A stretch of DNA of 64,000 nt from the human T2T-CHM13v2.0 reference genome, Homo sapiens, in assembly GCF_009914755.1 (NCBI RefSeq), contig NC_060933.1, one strand, 5' to 3'. A program made the translations under genes and the position numbers. Under the pieces are notes generated by a model that did no database searches, was not told the DNA's origin, and worked only from the letters and a program-made list of their open reading frames with translations. Positions 1 through 14,689 of this stretch are shown here, in pieces. The stretch's first letter is position 1, and every line of letters starts with the position of its first letter.

Positions 1-2280
1 AATAGAATGGAATGGAATGGAATGGAACGGAACGGAACGGAACGGAATGGAATGGAATGGAATGGAATTGTATGGAATGGAATGGAATGGTACGGAATAG
101 AATGGAATGGAAAGAATTGGAATGGAATGGAATCGAATGGAATGGAATGGAATGGAATGGAATGGAATCAACCCGAGTGCAGGGGAATGTAATGGAACGG
201 AATGTAATGGAATGGAATCATCCGGAATGGAATGGAATGGAATGGAATAGAATGGAATGGAATCAACCCGAGTGCAATGGAATGGAGTGGAATGGAATGG
301 AATGGAATGGAACAACCCGAATGGAATGGAATGTAATGGAGAGTATGGGAGTTGAATAGAATCAATCCGAATGTAATGGAATGGAATGGAACGGAATGGA
401 ATTGAATGGAATGGAATGGAATGCAATGGAATGGAATCAACCCGAGTGCAATGGAATGGAGAGGAATGGAATGGAATGGAATGGAAACTACCCGAATGCA
501 ATGGAATGTAATGGAGTGTAAGGGAATTGAATAGTATCAATCCGAATGCAATGGAATGGAATGGAACGGAATGGAATGGAATGGAATGGAATGGAATGGA
601 ATGGAATCGTTCCGAGTGGAATAGGAGAGAATGTATTCGAGTGGAATGGAAAGGAATGGAATCAACCAGAGTGGAATGGAAGGGAATGGAATGGAATGGA
701 AACTAATAGATTAGATTGGAATCAACCCGAGTGGAATGGAATGGAAAGGACTGAAATGGAATGGAATGGAATGGAATGGAATCAACTCGATTGTAATGGA
801 ATGGAATGGAACGGAATGGAATGGAATTAACCCGAATACAATGGAATGGAATGGAATGGAATGGAATGGAATGGAATGGAACGGAATGGAGTGGAATGGA
901 ATGGATTCAACCCGAGTGCAGGGGAATGGAATGGAATGGAATGCAATGGAATGGAATCATCCGGAATGGAATGGAATGGAATGGAATGCAAAGCAATGGA
1001 ATCAACTCGATTGCAATGGAAAGGAATGGAATGGAAAGGAATAGAATGGAATCAACCTGATTGGGATGGAATGGAAAGGACTGGAATGGAGTGGAATGGA
1101 ATGGAATGGAATGGAATGGAATGCAATGGAATGGTATGGAATGGAATGGAATGGTACGGAATAGAATGGAATGGAACGAATTGTAATGGAATGGAATTCA
1201 ATGGAATGGAATGGAATGGAATTGAATCAACGCGAGTGCAGGGGAATGTAATGGAACGGAATGCAATGGAATGGAATCATCCGGAATGGAATGGAATGGA
1301 ATGGAATGGAATGGAATCAACCCGAGTGCAATGGAATGGAGTGGAATGGAATGGAATGGAATGGAACAACCCGAATGGAATGGAATGTAATGTAGAGTAA
1401 GGGAGTTGAATAGAATCAATCAGAATGTAATGGAATGGAATGTAACGGAATGGAATGGAATGGAATGGAATGGAATGCAATGGAATGGAATCAACCCGAG
1501 TACAATGGAATGGAATGGAATGGAATGGAATGGAATGCCTTCAAACCGAATGGAATGGAAAGGAATGGAATCAACACGAGTGGAATGGAATGGAATGGAA
1601 TGGAATGGAATGGAATGGAATGATACGGAATACGATGGAATGGAACGAAATGGAATGGAATGGAATGGACTGGAATGGAATGGAATGGAATGGAATCGTT
1701 CCGAGTGGAATAGGAGGGAATGTATTCGAGTGGAATGGAAAGGAATGGAATCAACCAGAGTAGAATGGAAGGGAATGGAATGGAATGGAAACTAATAGAA
1801 TGGAATCAACCCTAGTGGAATGGAATGGAAAGGACTGGAATGGAAAGGAATGGAATGGAATGGAATGGAATGGAATGGAATGGAATGGAATGGAATCAAC
1901 GCGAGTGCAGGAGAATGGAATGGAATGGAATGGAATGGAATGGAATGGAATCAACCCGAGTGCAGGGGAATGTAATGGAACGGAATGCAAAGGAAAGGAA
2001 TCATCCGGAATGGAATGGAATGGAATGGAATGGAATCAACCCGAGTGCAATGGAATGGAGTGGAATGGAATGGAATGGAATGGAACAACCCGAATGGAAT
2101 GGAATATAATGGAGAGTAAGGGAGTTGAAAAGAATCAATCCGAATGTAATGGAATGGAATGGAACGGAATGGAATGGACTGGACTGGAATGGAATGGAAT
2201 GGAATGCAATGGAATGGAATCAACCCGAGTACAATGGAATGGAATGGATTGGAATGGAACGGAATGGAATGGAATGGAAT

Positions 2281-2295
2281 GGAATCTTCCGGAAT
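2281..2295. promoter_or_regulatory. Perfect 3-unit heat-shock element (first of ~30 in the window)
   Basis: gGAAtcTTCcgGAAt fits nGAAnnTTCnnGAAn. Further copies start at 4283, 5156, 6499, 6634, 9590, 12541, 15333, 15468, 18444, 20721, 23697, 25776, 26619, 27019, 31975, 34957, 40330, 41065, 42843, 47381, 49465, 50318, 50748, 52215, 53437, 55200 and, in the inverted arm, 57892, 58171, 60358, 62130, 63003. The motif is seen directly; HSF binding is inferred. Confidence 0.65.
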
Positions 2296-5200
2296 GGAAT
2301 GGAATGGAATGGAATGGAATGGAATGCAATGGATTCAACTCGATTGCAATGGAATGGAATAGTATGGAATGGAATGGAATGGAATGGAATGGAATGGAAT
2401 GGAATTAAACCGAATAGAATGGAATGGAATGGAATGGAATGGAACGGAAGGGAACGGAACGGAACGGAATGGAGTGGAATGGAATGGAATGGAATTTTAT
2501 GAAATGGAATGGAATGGTACGGAATAGAATGGAATGGAATGAATTGGAATGGAATGGAATCGAATGGAATGGAATGGAATGGAATGGAATCAAACCGAGT
2601 GCAATGGAATGGAGTGGAATGGAATGGAATGGAATGGAAAAACCCGAATGGAATGGAAAGTAATGGAGAGTAAGGGAGTTGAATAGAATCAATCCGAATG
2701 TAATGGAATGGAACGGAATGGAATGGAATGGAATGGAATGGAATGGAATCAACTCGATTGCAGTCGAATGGAATGGAAAGGAATTAAACCGAATAGAAAG
2801 GAATGGAATGGAATGGAAGGGAACGGAATGGAATGGAATGGAATGGAATGGAATGGAATGGAATGGAATCAACCCGACTGCAGGTGAATGGAATGGAATG
2901 GAATGCAATGGAATGGATTCAACTTGAATGGAATGGAAAGAATGGAATCAAACACGAGTGGAATGGCATGGATTGGAATGGAATGGAATGGATCAACCCG
3001 AGTACAGGGGAATGGAATGGAATGGAATGCAATGGAATGGAATCATCCGTAATGGAATGGAAAGGAATGGAATGGAATGGAATGGAATGGAATGGAATGG
3101 AATGGAATCAACTCGATTGCAATCGAATGGAATGGAATGGAATTAACCCGAATAGAATGGAATGGAATGGAATGGAACAGAACGGAACGGAATGGAATGT
3201 AATGGAATGGAATGGAATGGAATGGAATGGAACAGAACGGAAAGGAATGGAATGGAATGGAATGGAATGGAATGGAATGGAATCAACTCGATTGCAATCG
3301 AATGGAATGGAATGGAATTAACCCGAATAGAATGGAATGGAATGGAATGGAACGGAACGGAATGGAATGGAATGGAATGGAATGGAATGGAACGGAATGG
3401 AAAGGAATGAAATGGAATGGAATGGAATGGAATGGTATGGAATGGAATGGAATGGTACGGAATAGAATGGAATGGAACGAATTGTAATGGAATGGAATTG
3501 AATGGCATGGAATGGAATGGAATGGAATCAACGCGAGTGCAGGGGAATGTAATGGAACGGAATGCAATGGAATGGAATCATCCGGAATGGAATGGAATGG
3601 AATGGAATGGAATGGAATGGAATCAACCCGAGTGCAATGGAATGGAGTGGAATGGAATGGAATGGAATGGAACAACACAAATGGAATGGAATGTAATGGA
3701 GAGTAAGGGAGTTGAATAGAATCAATCCGAAAGTAATGGAATGGAATGCAACGGAATGGAATGGAATGGAATGGAATGCAATGGCATGGAATCAACCCGA
3801 GTACAATGGAATGGAATGGAATGGAATGGAATGGAATGCCTTCAAACCGAATGGAATGGAAAGGAATGGAATGAACACGAGTGGAATGGAATGGAATGGA
3901 ATGGAATGGAATGGAACGATACGGAATAGAATGGAATGGAACGAAATGGAATGGAATAGAATGGAATGGAATGGAATGGAATGGAATGGAATGGAATGGA
4001 ATGGAATCGTTCCGAGTGGAATAGGAGGGAATATATTCGAGTGGAATGGAAAGGAATGGAATCAACCAGAGTGGAATGGAAGGGAATGGAATGGAATGGA
4101 TACTAATAGAATGGAATCAACCCGAGTGGAATGGAATGGAAAAGACTGGAATGGAAAGGAATGGAATGGAAAGGAATGGAATGGAATGGAACGGAAAGGA
4201 ATGGAATGGAATGGAATGGAATGGAATGGAATGGAATCAACGAGAGTGCAGAGGAATGGAATGGAATGGAATGCAATGGAATGGAATCTTCCGGAATGGA
4301 ATGGAATGGAATGGAATGGAATGGAATGGAATGGAATCAACCCGAGTGCAATGGAATGGAGTGGAATGGAATGGAATGGAATGGAACAACCCGAATGGAA
4401 TGGAATGTAATGGAGACTAAGGGAGTTGAATAGAATCAATCCGAATGTAATGGAATGGAATGGAACGGAATGGAATTGAATGGAATGGAATGGAATGCAA
4501 TTTAATGGAATCAACCCGAGTCCAATGGAATGGAGAGGAATGGAATGGAATGGAATGGAAACTACCCGAATGGAATGGAATGTAATGGAGTGTAAGGGAA
4601 TTGAATAGAATCAATCCGAATGTAATGGAATGGAAAGGAACGGAATGGAATGGAATGGAATGCAATGGAATGGAATGGAATGCAATGGAATGGAATCAAC
4701 CCGAGTGCAAGCGAATGGAATCGAATGGAATGGAATGCAATGGAATGGATTCAACTTGAATGGAATGGAAAGAATGGAATCAACACGAGTGCAAGGGCAT
4801 GGATTGGAATGCAATGGAATGGAATCAACCCGAGTACAGGGGAATGGAATGGAATGGAATGCAATGGAATGGAATCATCCGTAATGGAATGGAAAGGAAT
4901 GGAATGGAATGGAATGGAATGGAATGGAATGGAATGGAATCAACACGATTGCAATCGAATGGAATGGAATGGAATTAACCCGAATAGAATGGAATGGAAT
5001 GGAATGGAACGGAACGGAACGGAATGGAATGGAATGGAATGAAATGGAACGGAACGGAACGGAACGGAACGGAATGGAATGGAATGGAATGGAATGGAAT
5101 GGAATGGAATCAACGCGAGTGCAGGGGAATGGAATGGAATGGAATGCAATGGAATGGAATCTTCCGGAATGGAATGGAATGGAATGGAATGGAATGAAAT

Positions 5201-6860
5201 GCAACCGGTTCAACTCGATTGCAATGGAATGGAATAGAATGGAATGGAATGGAATGGAATGGAATAAACCCGAATAGAATGGAATGGTATGGAATGGAAC
5301 GGAATGGAACAGAATGGAATGGAATGGAATGGAAGGAAATGGAATGGAATGGTATGGAATGGAATGGAATGGTACGGAATAGAATGGAATGGAACGAATT
5401 GTAATGGAATGGAATTGAATGGAATGGAATGGAATGGAATGGAATCAACGCGAGTGCAGGGGAATGTAATGGAACGGAATGCAATGGAATGGAATCATCC
5501 GGAATGGAATGGAATGGAATGGCATGGAGTGGAATCAACCCGAGTGCAATGGAATGGAGTGGAATGGAATGGAATGGAATGGAACAACCCGAATGGAATG
5601 GAATGTAATGGAGAGTAAGGGAGTTGAATAGAATCAATCCGAATGTAATGGAATGGAATGCAACAGAATGGAATGGAATGGAATGGAATGGAATGGAATG
5701 GAATGGAATGGAATGCAGTGGAATGGAATGGAATGGAATCAACTCGAGTGGAAAGGAATGGAATGGAATAGAAAGGAATGGAATGAAATCAACTCGAGTG
5801 GAATGGAATGGAATGGAATGGAATGCAATGAAATGCAATGGATTCAACTCGATTGCAATGGAATGGAATAGAATGGAATGGAATGGAATGGAATGGAATT
5901 AACCCGAATAGAATGGAATGGAATGCAATGGAACGGAATGGAACGGAATGGAATGGAATGGAATGGAATGGAATGGTATGGAATGGAATGGAATGGAACG
6001 GAATAGAATGGAATGGAACGAATTGTAATGGAATGGAATTGAATGGAATGGAAAGGAATCAACGCGAGTGCAGGGGAATGTAATGGAACGGAATGCAATG
6101 GAATGGAATCATCCGGAATGGAATGGAATGGAATGGAATGGAATCAACCCTAGTGCAATGGAATGGAGTGGAATGGAACAACCCGAATGGAATGGAATGT
6201 AATGGAGATTAAGGGAGTTGAATAGAATCTATCCGAATGTAATGGAATGGAATGCAACGGAATGGAATGGAATGGAATGGAATGGAATGCAATGGCATGG
6301 AATCAACCCGAGTACAATGGAATGGAATGGAATGGAATGGAATGGAATGGAATGGAATGCCTTCAAACCGAATGGAATGGAAAGGAATGGAATCAACACG
6401 CGTGGAATGGAATGGAATGGAATGGAATGGAATGGAATGGAATGGAATGGAATCAACGGGAGTGCAGGGGAATGGAATGGAATGGAATGCAATGGAATGG
6501 AATTTTCCGGAATGGAATGGAATGGAATGGAATGGAATGGAACGGAAAGGAATGGAATGGAATGGAATGGAGTGGAATGGAAAGGAATCAACGCGAGTGC
6601 AGGGGAATGGGATGGAATGGAATGCAATGGAATGGAATTTTCCGGAATGGAATGGAATGGAATGGAATGGAATGGAATGGAATAAACCCGAGAGCAATGG
6701 AATGGAGTGGAATGGAATGGAAACAACCCGAATGGAATGGAATGTAATGGAGAGTAAGGGAATTGAATAGAATCAATCCGAATGTAATGGAATGGAATGG
6801 AACGGAATGGATTGGAATGGAATGGAATGGAATGGAATGGAATGGAATGCAATGGAATGG

Positions 6861-6890
6861 AATCAACCCGAGTGCAATCGAATGGAATCG
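6861..6890 (+). other. Subfamily-diagnostic 30-mer AATCAACCCGAGTGCAATCGAATGGAATCG, suggesting the chr9q12 (pHuR98-type) HSat3 family
   Basis: Exact copies at 6861, 15700, 43239 (+) and 60794-60823, 62592-62621 (-). From memory it matches a widely used pHuR98-derived SatIII RT-PCR primer. The chromosome assignment is recalled, not verified by search. Confidence 0.6.
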
Positions 6891-8559
6891 AATGGAATGG
6901 AAAGCAATGGAATGGATTCAACTTGAATGGAATGGAAAGAATGGAATCAACACAAGTGCAAGGGCATGGATTGGAATGCAATGGAATGGAATCAACCCGA
7001 GTACAGGGGAATGGAATGGAATGGAATGCAATGGAATGGAATCATCCGTAATGGAATGGAAAGGAATGGAATGGAATGGAATGGAACGGAATGGAATGGA
7101 ATGGAATCAACACGATTGCAATCGAATGGAATGGAAAGGAATTAACCTGAATAGAATGGAATGGAATGGAATGGAACGGAACGGAATGGAATGGAATGGA
7201 ATGGAATGGAATGGAATGGAATGGAATGGAATGGAATGGAATTCACCCGAATAGAATGGAATGGAATGGAATGGAAAGGAATGGAAGGGAAGGAAATGGA
7301 ATGTAATCAACCCGAGTGCAGGGGAATGGAATGGAATGGAATGCAATGGAATGGAATCATCCGGAATGGAATGGAATGGAATGGAATGGAAAGGTATCAA
7401 CCCGAGTGCAGCGGAATGTAATTTAACGGAATGCAATGTAATGGAATCATCCGGAATGGAATGGAATGGAATGGAATGCAAAACAATGGAATCAACTCGA
7501 TTGCAATGGAATGGAATGGAATGGAAATGAATAGAATGGAATCAACCCGAGTGGAATGGAATGGAAAGGACTGGAATGGAATGGAATGGAATGGAATGGA
7601 ATGGAATCAACTCGATTGGAATGGAATGGAATGGAATGGAATGGAATGGAATGGAATGGAATTAACCCGAATACAATGGAATGGAATGAAATGGAATGGA
7701 ACGGAATGGAGTGGAATGGAATGGAATCAACCCGAGTGCAAGGGAATGGAATGGAAAGGAATGCAATGGAATGGAATCATCCGGAATGGAATGGAATGGA
7801 ATGGAATGCAAAGAAATGGAATCAACTCGATTGCAATGGAATGGAATGGAATGGAAAGGAATAGAATGGAATCAACCCGAGTGTAATGGAATGGAAACGA
7901 CTGGAATGGAGTGGAATGGAATGGAATGGAATGGAATGGAATCAACTCGATTGGAATGGAATGGAATGGAATGGAATGGAATGGAATGGAATTAACCCGA
8001 ATAGAATGGAATGGAATGGAATGGAACGGAATGGAATGGAATGGAATGGAATGGAATGGAATGGAATCAACCCAACTGCAGGGGAATGGAATGGAATGGA
8101 ATGGAATGGAATGGAATGGAATGGAATCATCCGGAACGGAATGGAATCAACTCGATTGCAATGGAATGGAATGGAATGGAATGGAATCGAAAGGAATGGA
8201 ATGGAATTAACCAGAATAGAATGGAATGGAATGGAATGGAACGGAATGGAATGGAATGGAATGGAATGGAATGGAATGGAATCAACCCGAGTGCAGGGGA
8301 ATGGAATGGAATGGAATGCAATGGAATGGAATCATCCGGAATGGAATGGAATGGAATGGAAAGGAATGGAATGGAATGGTATCAACCCGAGTGCAGGGGA
8401 ATGTAATGGAACGGAATGCAATGGAATGGAATCATCCGGAATGGAATGGAATGGAATGGAATGGAATGGAATCAACCCGAGTGCAATGGAATGGAGTCGA
8501 ATGGAATGGAATGGAATGGAAAAACCCGAATGGAATGGAATGTAATGGAGAGTAAGGGA

Positions 8560-11556
8560 GTTGAATAGAATCAATCCGAATGTAATGGAATGGAATGCAA
8601 CGGAATGGAATGGAATGGAATGCAATGGAATGGAATGGAATGGAATGCAAAGGAATGGAATCAACCCGAGTGGAATGGCTTGGAATGGATTGCAATGGAT
8701 TGGAATGGAATGGAATCAACTCGAGTGGAAAGGAATGGAATGGAATGGAAAGGAATGGAATGAAGTCAACTCGAGTGGAATGGAATGGAATGGAATGGAT
8801 TGGAATGGATTGCAATGGAATGAAATGGAATGGAATGGAATGGAATCAATCATTCCGAGTGGAATGGAAGGGAATGTAATGGAGTGGAAAGAAGGGAATG
8901 GAATCAACCCGAGTGGAATGCAAGACAATGGAATGGAATGGAAAGGAATGGAATGGAATCAACTCGATTGCAATGGAATGGAATGGAATGGAATGGAATG
9001 GAATGGAATGGAATTAACCGGAATAGAATGGAATGGAATGGAATGGAACGGAATGGAATGGAATGGAAGGGAATGGAATCAACACGAGTGCAGGGGAATG
9101 GAATGCAATGGAATGCAATGGAATGGAATCATCCGGAATGGAATGGAATGCAATGGAATAAACTCCATTGCAATGGAATGGAATGGAATGGAATGGAATA
9201 GAATGGAATGGAATTAACCCGAATAGAATGGAATGCAATAGAATGGAATGCAACGGAACCGAATGGAGTGGAATGGAATGGAATGGAATCAACCCGAGTA
9301 CAGGGGAATGGAATGGAATGGAAAGCAATGGAATGGAGTCATCCGTAATGGAATGGAAAGGAATGGAATGGAATGGAATGGAATGGAATGGAATGGATTC
9401 AACTCGATGACAATCGAATGGAATGGAATGGAATTAACCCGAATAGAATGGAATGGAATGGAATGGAACGGAACGGAATGGAATGGAATGGAATGGAATG
9501 GAATGGAACGGAACGGAATGGAATGGAATGGAATGGAATGGAATCAACGCGAGTGCAGGGGAATGGAATGGAATGGAATGTAATGGAATGGAATCTTCCG
9601 GAATGGAATGGAATGGAATGGAATGGAATGAAAGGCAATGGATTCAACTCGATTGCAATGGAATGGAATAGAATGGAATGGAATTGAATGGAATGGAATG
9701 GAATTGAATGGAATGGAATGCCTTCAAACCGAATGGAATGGAAAGCAATGGAATCAACACGAGTGGAATAGAATGGAAAGGAAAGGAATGGAATGGAATG
9801 GAATGCTACGGAATAGAATGGAATGGAACGAAATGGAATGGAATGGAATGGAATGGAATGGAATGGAATGGAATGCAATGGAATGGAATCGTTCCGAGTG
9901 GAATAGGAGGGAATGTATTCGAGTGGAATGGAAAGGAATGGAATCAACGAGAGTGGAATGGAAGGGAATGGAATGGAATGGAAACTAATAGAATGGAATC
10001 AACACGAGTGGAATGGAATGGAAAGGACTGGAATGGAATGGAATGGAATGGAATGGAATGGAATGGAATCAACTCGATTGTAATGGAATGGAATGGAATG
10101 GAATGGAATGGAATGGAATGGAATGGAATTAACCCGAATACAATGGAATGGAATGGAATGGAATGGAATGGAGTGGAATGGAATGGAATGGAATGGAATG
10201 GAATCAACTCGATTTTAATGGAATGGAATGGAATGGAATGGAATGGAATGGAATGGAATTAACCCTAATAGAATGGAATGGAATGGAATGGAACGGAATG
10301 GAATGGAATGGAATGGAATGGAATGGATTGGAATGGAATCAACCCGACTGCATGGGAATGGAATGGAATGGAATGGAATGGAATGGAATGGAATGGAATC
10401 ATCCGGAACGGAATGGAATGGAATGGAATGGAATCAACTCGACTGCAATGGAATGGAATGGAATGGAATGGAATCGAAAGGAATGGAATGGAATTAACCG
10501 GAATAGAATGGAATGGAATGGAATGGAACGGAATGGAATGGAATGGAATGGAATGGAATGGAATCAATCCGAATGCAGGGGAATGGAATGGAATGGAATG
10601 CAATGGAATGGAATCATCCGGAATGGAATGGAATGGAATGGAATGCAATCAACCTGATGCAATGGAATGGAGTGGAATGGCATGGAATGGAATGGAAACA
10701 TCCCGAATGGAATGGTATGTAATGGAGTGTAAGGGAATTCAATAGAATCAATCCGAATGTAATGGAATGGAATGGAATGAAATGGAATGGAATGGAATGG
10801 AATGGAATGGAATCAACCCGAGTGCAATGGAATGGATTCGAATGGAATGGAATGGAATGGAATGGATTCAACAAGAATGGAATGGAAAGGAATGGAATCA
10901 ACCCGAGTGTAATGGCATGGAATGGAACGGAATGGATTGGGATGGAATGGAATGGTACGGAATAGAATGGAATGGAATGAAATGGAATGGAATGGAATGG
11001 AATGGAATGGAAGGGAATGGAATGGAATGGAATGAACCCGTGTGCAATGGAATGGAATAGAATGGAATGGAATGGAATGGAATGGAATGGAATGGAATGG
11101 AATCATCTCGATTGCAATCGAATGGAATGGAATGGAATTAACCCGAATAGAATGGAATGGAATGGAATGGAATGAAACGGAACGGAATGGAATGGAATGG
11201 AATGGAATGGAATGGAACGGAAAGGAATGGAATGGAATGCAATGGAATGGAATGGAATGGAATGGAATGGAATGGAATCAACGCGAGTGCAGGGGAATGG
11301 AATGGAATGGAATGCAATGGAATGGAATCATCCGGAATGGAATGGAATGGAATGGAAAGGAATGGAATGGAATGGTATCAACCCGAGTGCAGGGGAATGT
11401 AATGGAACGGAATGCAATGGAATGGAATCATCCGGAATGGAATGGAATGGAATGGAATGGAATGGAATCAACCCGAGTGCAATGGAATGGAGTCGAATGG
11501 AATGGAATGGAATGGAAAAACCCGAATGGAATGGAATGTAATGGAGAGTAAGGGAG
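8560..11556 (+). repeat. ~3.0-kb higher-order repeat unit (derived variant)
   Basis: The landmark CAATCATTCCGAG...GGAAAGAAGGG and the following node order recur at ~8847 and ~11833, and at ~19978 and ~22954. Matching ORFs: 8561/11557 and 19692/22683. Confidence 0.8.
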
Positions 11557-13769
11557 TTGAATAGAATCAATCCGAATGTAATGGAATGGAATGCAACGGA
11601 ATGGAATGGAATGGAATGCAATGGAATGGAATGCAAAGGAATGGAATCAACCCGAGTGGAATGGCATGGAATGGATTGCAATGGATTGGAATGGAATGGA
11701 ATCAACTCGAGTGGAAAGGAATGGAATGGAATGGAAAGGAATGGAATGAAGTCAACTCGAGTGGAATGGAATGGAATGGAATGGATTGGAATGGATTGCA
11801 ATGGAATGAAATGGAATGGAATGGAATGGAATCAATCATTCCGAGTGGAATGGAAGGCAATGTAATGGAGTGGAAAGAAGGGAATGGAATCAACCCGAGT
11901 GGAATGCAAGACAATGGACTGGAATGGAAAGGAATGGAATGGAATCAACTCGATTGCAATGGAATGGAATGGAATGGAATGGAATGGAATGGAATGGAAT
12001 GGAATTAACCGGAATAGAATGGAATGGAATGGAATGGAACGGAATGGAATGGAATGGAAGGGAATGGAATCAACACGAGTGCAGGGGAATGGAATGCAAT
12101 GGAATGCAATGGAATGGAATCATCCGGAATGGAATGGAATGCAATGGAATAAACTCCATTGCAATGGAAAGGAATGGAATGGAATGGAATAGAATGGAAT
12201 GGAATTAACCCGAATAGAATGGAATGCAATAGAATGGAATGCAACGGAACCGAATGGAGTGGAATGGAATGGAATGGAATCAACCCGAGTACAGGGGAAT
12301 GGAATGGAATGGAAAGCAATGGAATGGAGTCATCCGTAATGGAATGGAAAGGAATGGAATGGAATGGAATGGAATGGATTCAACTCGATGACAATCGAAT
12401 GGAATGGAATGGAATTAACCCGAATAGAATGGAATGGAATGGAATGGAATGGAATGGAACGGAACGCAATGGAATGGAATGGAATGGAATGGAATCAACG
12501 CGAGTGCAGGGGAATGGAATGGAATGGAATGTAATGGAATGGAATCTTCCGGAATGGAATGGAATGGAATGGAATGGAATGAAAGGCAATGGATTCAACT
12601 CGATTGCAATGGAATGGAATAGAATGGAATGGAATTGAATGGAATGGAATGGAATTGAATGGAATGGAATGCCTTCAAACCGAATGGAATGGAAAGCAAT
12701 GGAATCAACACGAGTGGAATAGAATGGAATGGAAAGGATTGGAATGGAATGGAATGCTACGGAATAGAATGGAATGGAACGAAATGGAATGGAATGGAAT
12801 GGAATGGAATGGAACGGAATGGAATGGAATGCAATGGAATGGAATCGTTCCGAGTGGAATAGGAGGGAATGTATTCGAGTGGAATGGAAAGGAATGGAAT
12901 CAACCAGAGTGGAATGGAAGGGAATGGAATGGAATGGAAACTAATAGAATGGAATCAACACGAGTGGAATGGAATGGAAAGGACTGGAATGGAATGGAAC
13001 GGAATGGAATGGAATGGAATGGAATCAACTCGATTGTAATGGAATGGAATGGAATGGAATGGAATGGAATGGAATTGAATTAACCCGAATACAATGGAAT
13101 GGAATGGAATGGAATGGAATGGAGTGGAATGGAATGGAATGGAATGGAATGGAATCAACTCGATTTTAATGGAATGGAATGGAATGGAATGGAATGGAAT
13201 GGAATTAACCCTAATAGAATGGAATGGAATGGAATGGAACGGAATGGAATGGAATGGAATGGAATGGAATGGATTCGAATGGAATCAACCCGACTGCAGG
13301 GGAATGGAATGGAATGGAATGGAATGGAATGGAATGGAATGGAATCATCGGGAACGGAATGGAATGGAATGGAATGGAATCAACTCGACTGCAATGGAAT
13401 GGAATGGAATGGAATGGAATCGAAAGGAATGGAATGGAATTAACCGGAATAGAATGGAATGGAATGGAATGGAACGGAATGGAATGGAATGGAATGGAAT
13501 GGAATGGAATGGAATCAATCCGAGTGCAGGGGAATGGAATGGAATGGAATGCAATGGAATGGAATCATCCGGAATGGAATGGAATGGAATGGAATGCAAT
13601 CAACCTGATGCAATGGAATGGAGTGGAATGGAATGGAATGGAATGGAAACATCCCGAATGGAAAGGTATGTAATGGAGTGTAAGGGAATTCAATAGAATC
13701 AATCCGAATGTAATGGAATGGAATGGAACGGAATGGAATGGAATGGAATGGAATGGAATGGAATTGAAT

Positions 13770-14680
13770 GGAATGGAATGGAATGGAATCGTTCCGAGTG
13801 GAATAGGAGAGAATGTATTCGAGTGGAATGGAAAGGAATGGAATCAACCAGAGTGGAATGGAAGGGAATGGAATGGAATAGAAACTAATAGATTAGATTG
13901 GAATCAACCCGAGTGGAATGGAATGGAAAGGACTGAAATGGAATGGAATGGAATGGAATGGAATCAACTCGATTGTAATGGAATGGAATGGAACGGAATG
14001 GAATGGAATTAACCCGAATACAATGGAATGGAATGGAATGGAATGGAATGGAATGGAATGGAACGGAATGGAGTGGAATGGAATGGATTCAACCCGAGTG
14101 CAGGGGAATGGAATGGAATGGAATGCAATGGAATGGAATCATCCGGAATAGAATGGAATGGAATGGAATGCAAAGCAATGGAATCAACTCGATTGCAATG
14201 GAAAGGAATGGAATGGAAAGGAATAGAATGGAATCAACCTGATTGGGATGGAATGGAAAGGACTGGAATGGAGTGGAATGGAATGGAATGGAATGCAATG
14301 GAATGGTATGGAATGCAATGGAATGGTACGGAATAGAATGGAATGGAACGAATTGTAATGGAATGGAATTCAATGGAATGGAATGGAATGGAATTGAATC
14401 AACGCGAGTGCAGGGGAATGTAATGGAACGGAATGCAATGGAATGGAATCATCCGGAATGGAATGGAATGGAATGGAATCAACCCGAGTGCAATGGAATG
14501 GAGTGGAATGGAATGGAATGGAATGGAACAACCCGAATGGAATGGAATGTAATGTAGAGTAAGGGAGTTGAATAGAATCAATCAGAATGTAATGGAATGG
14601 AATTCAACGGAATGGAATGGAATGGAATGGAATGGAATGCAATGGAATGGAATCAACCCGAGTACAATGGAATGGAATGG
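13770..14680 (+). repeat. Duplicate of ~590-1520 (offset ~13.2 kb)
   Basis: Shared private variants GGAGAGAATG, TAGATTAGATTGG, ACCTGATTGGG and AATCAGAATG. Matching ORFs 736/13918 and 806/13988. Confidence 0.85.
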
Positions 14681-14689
14681 AATGGAATG

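Noticed and set aside
702-722. DUX4-like site in TAATAGATTAGATTGG (also ~13886)
   Set aside because: It has two mismatches to the TAATCTAATCA consensus and only two copies from one duplication; DUX4 satellite binding is characteristic of HSATII.
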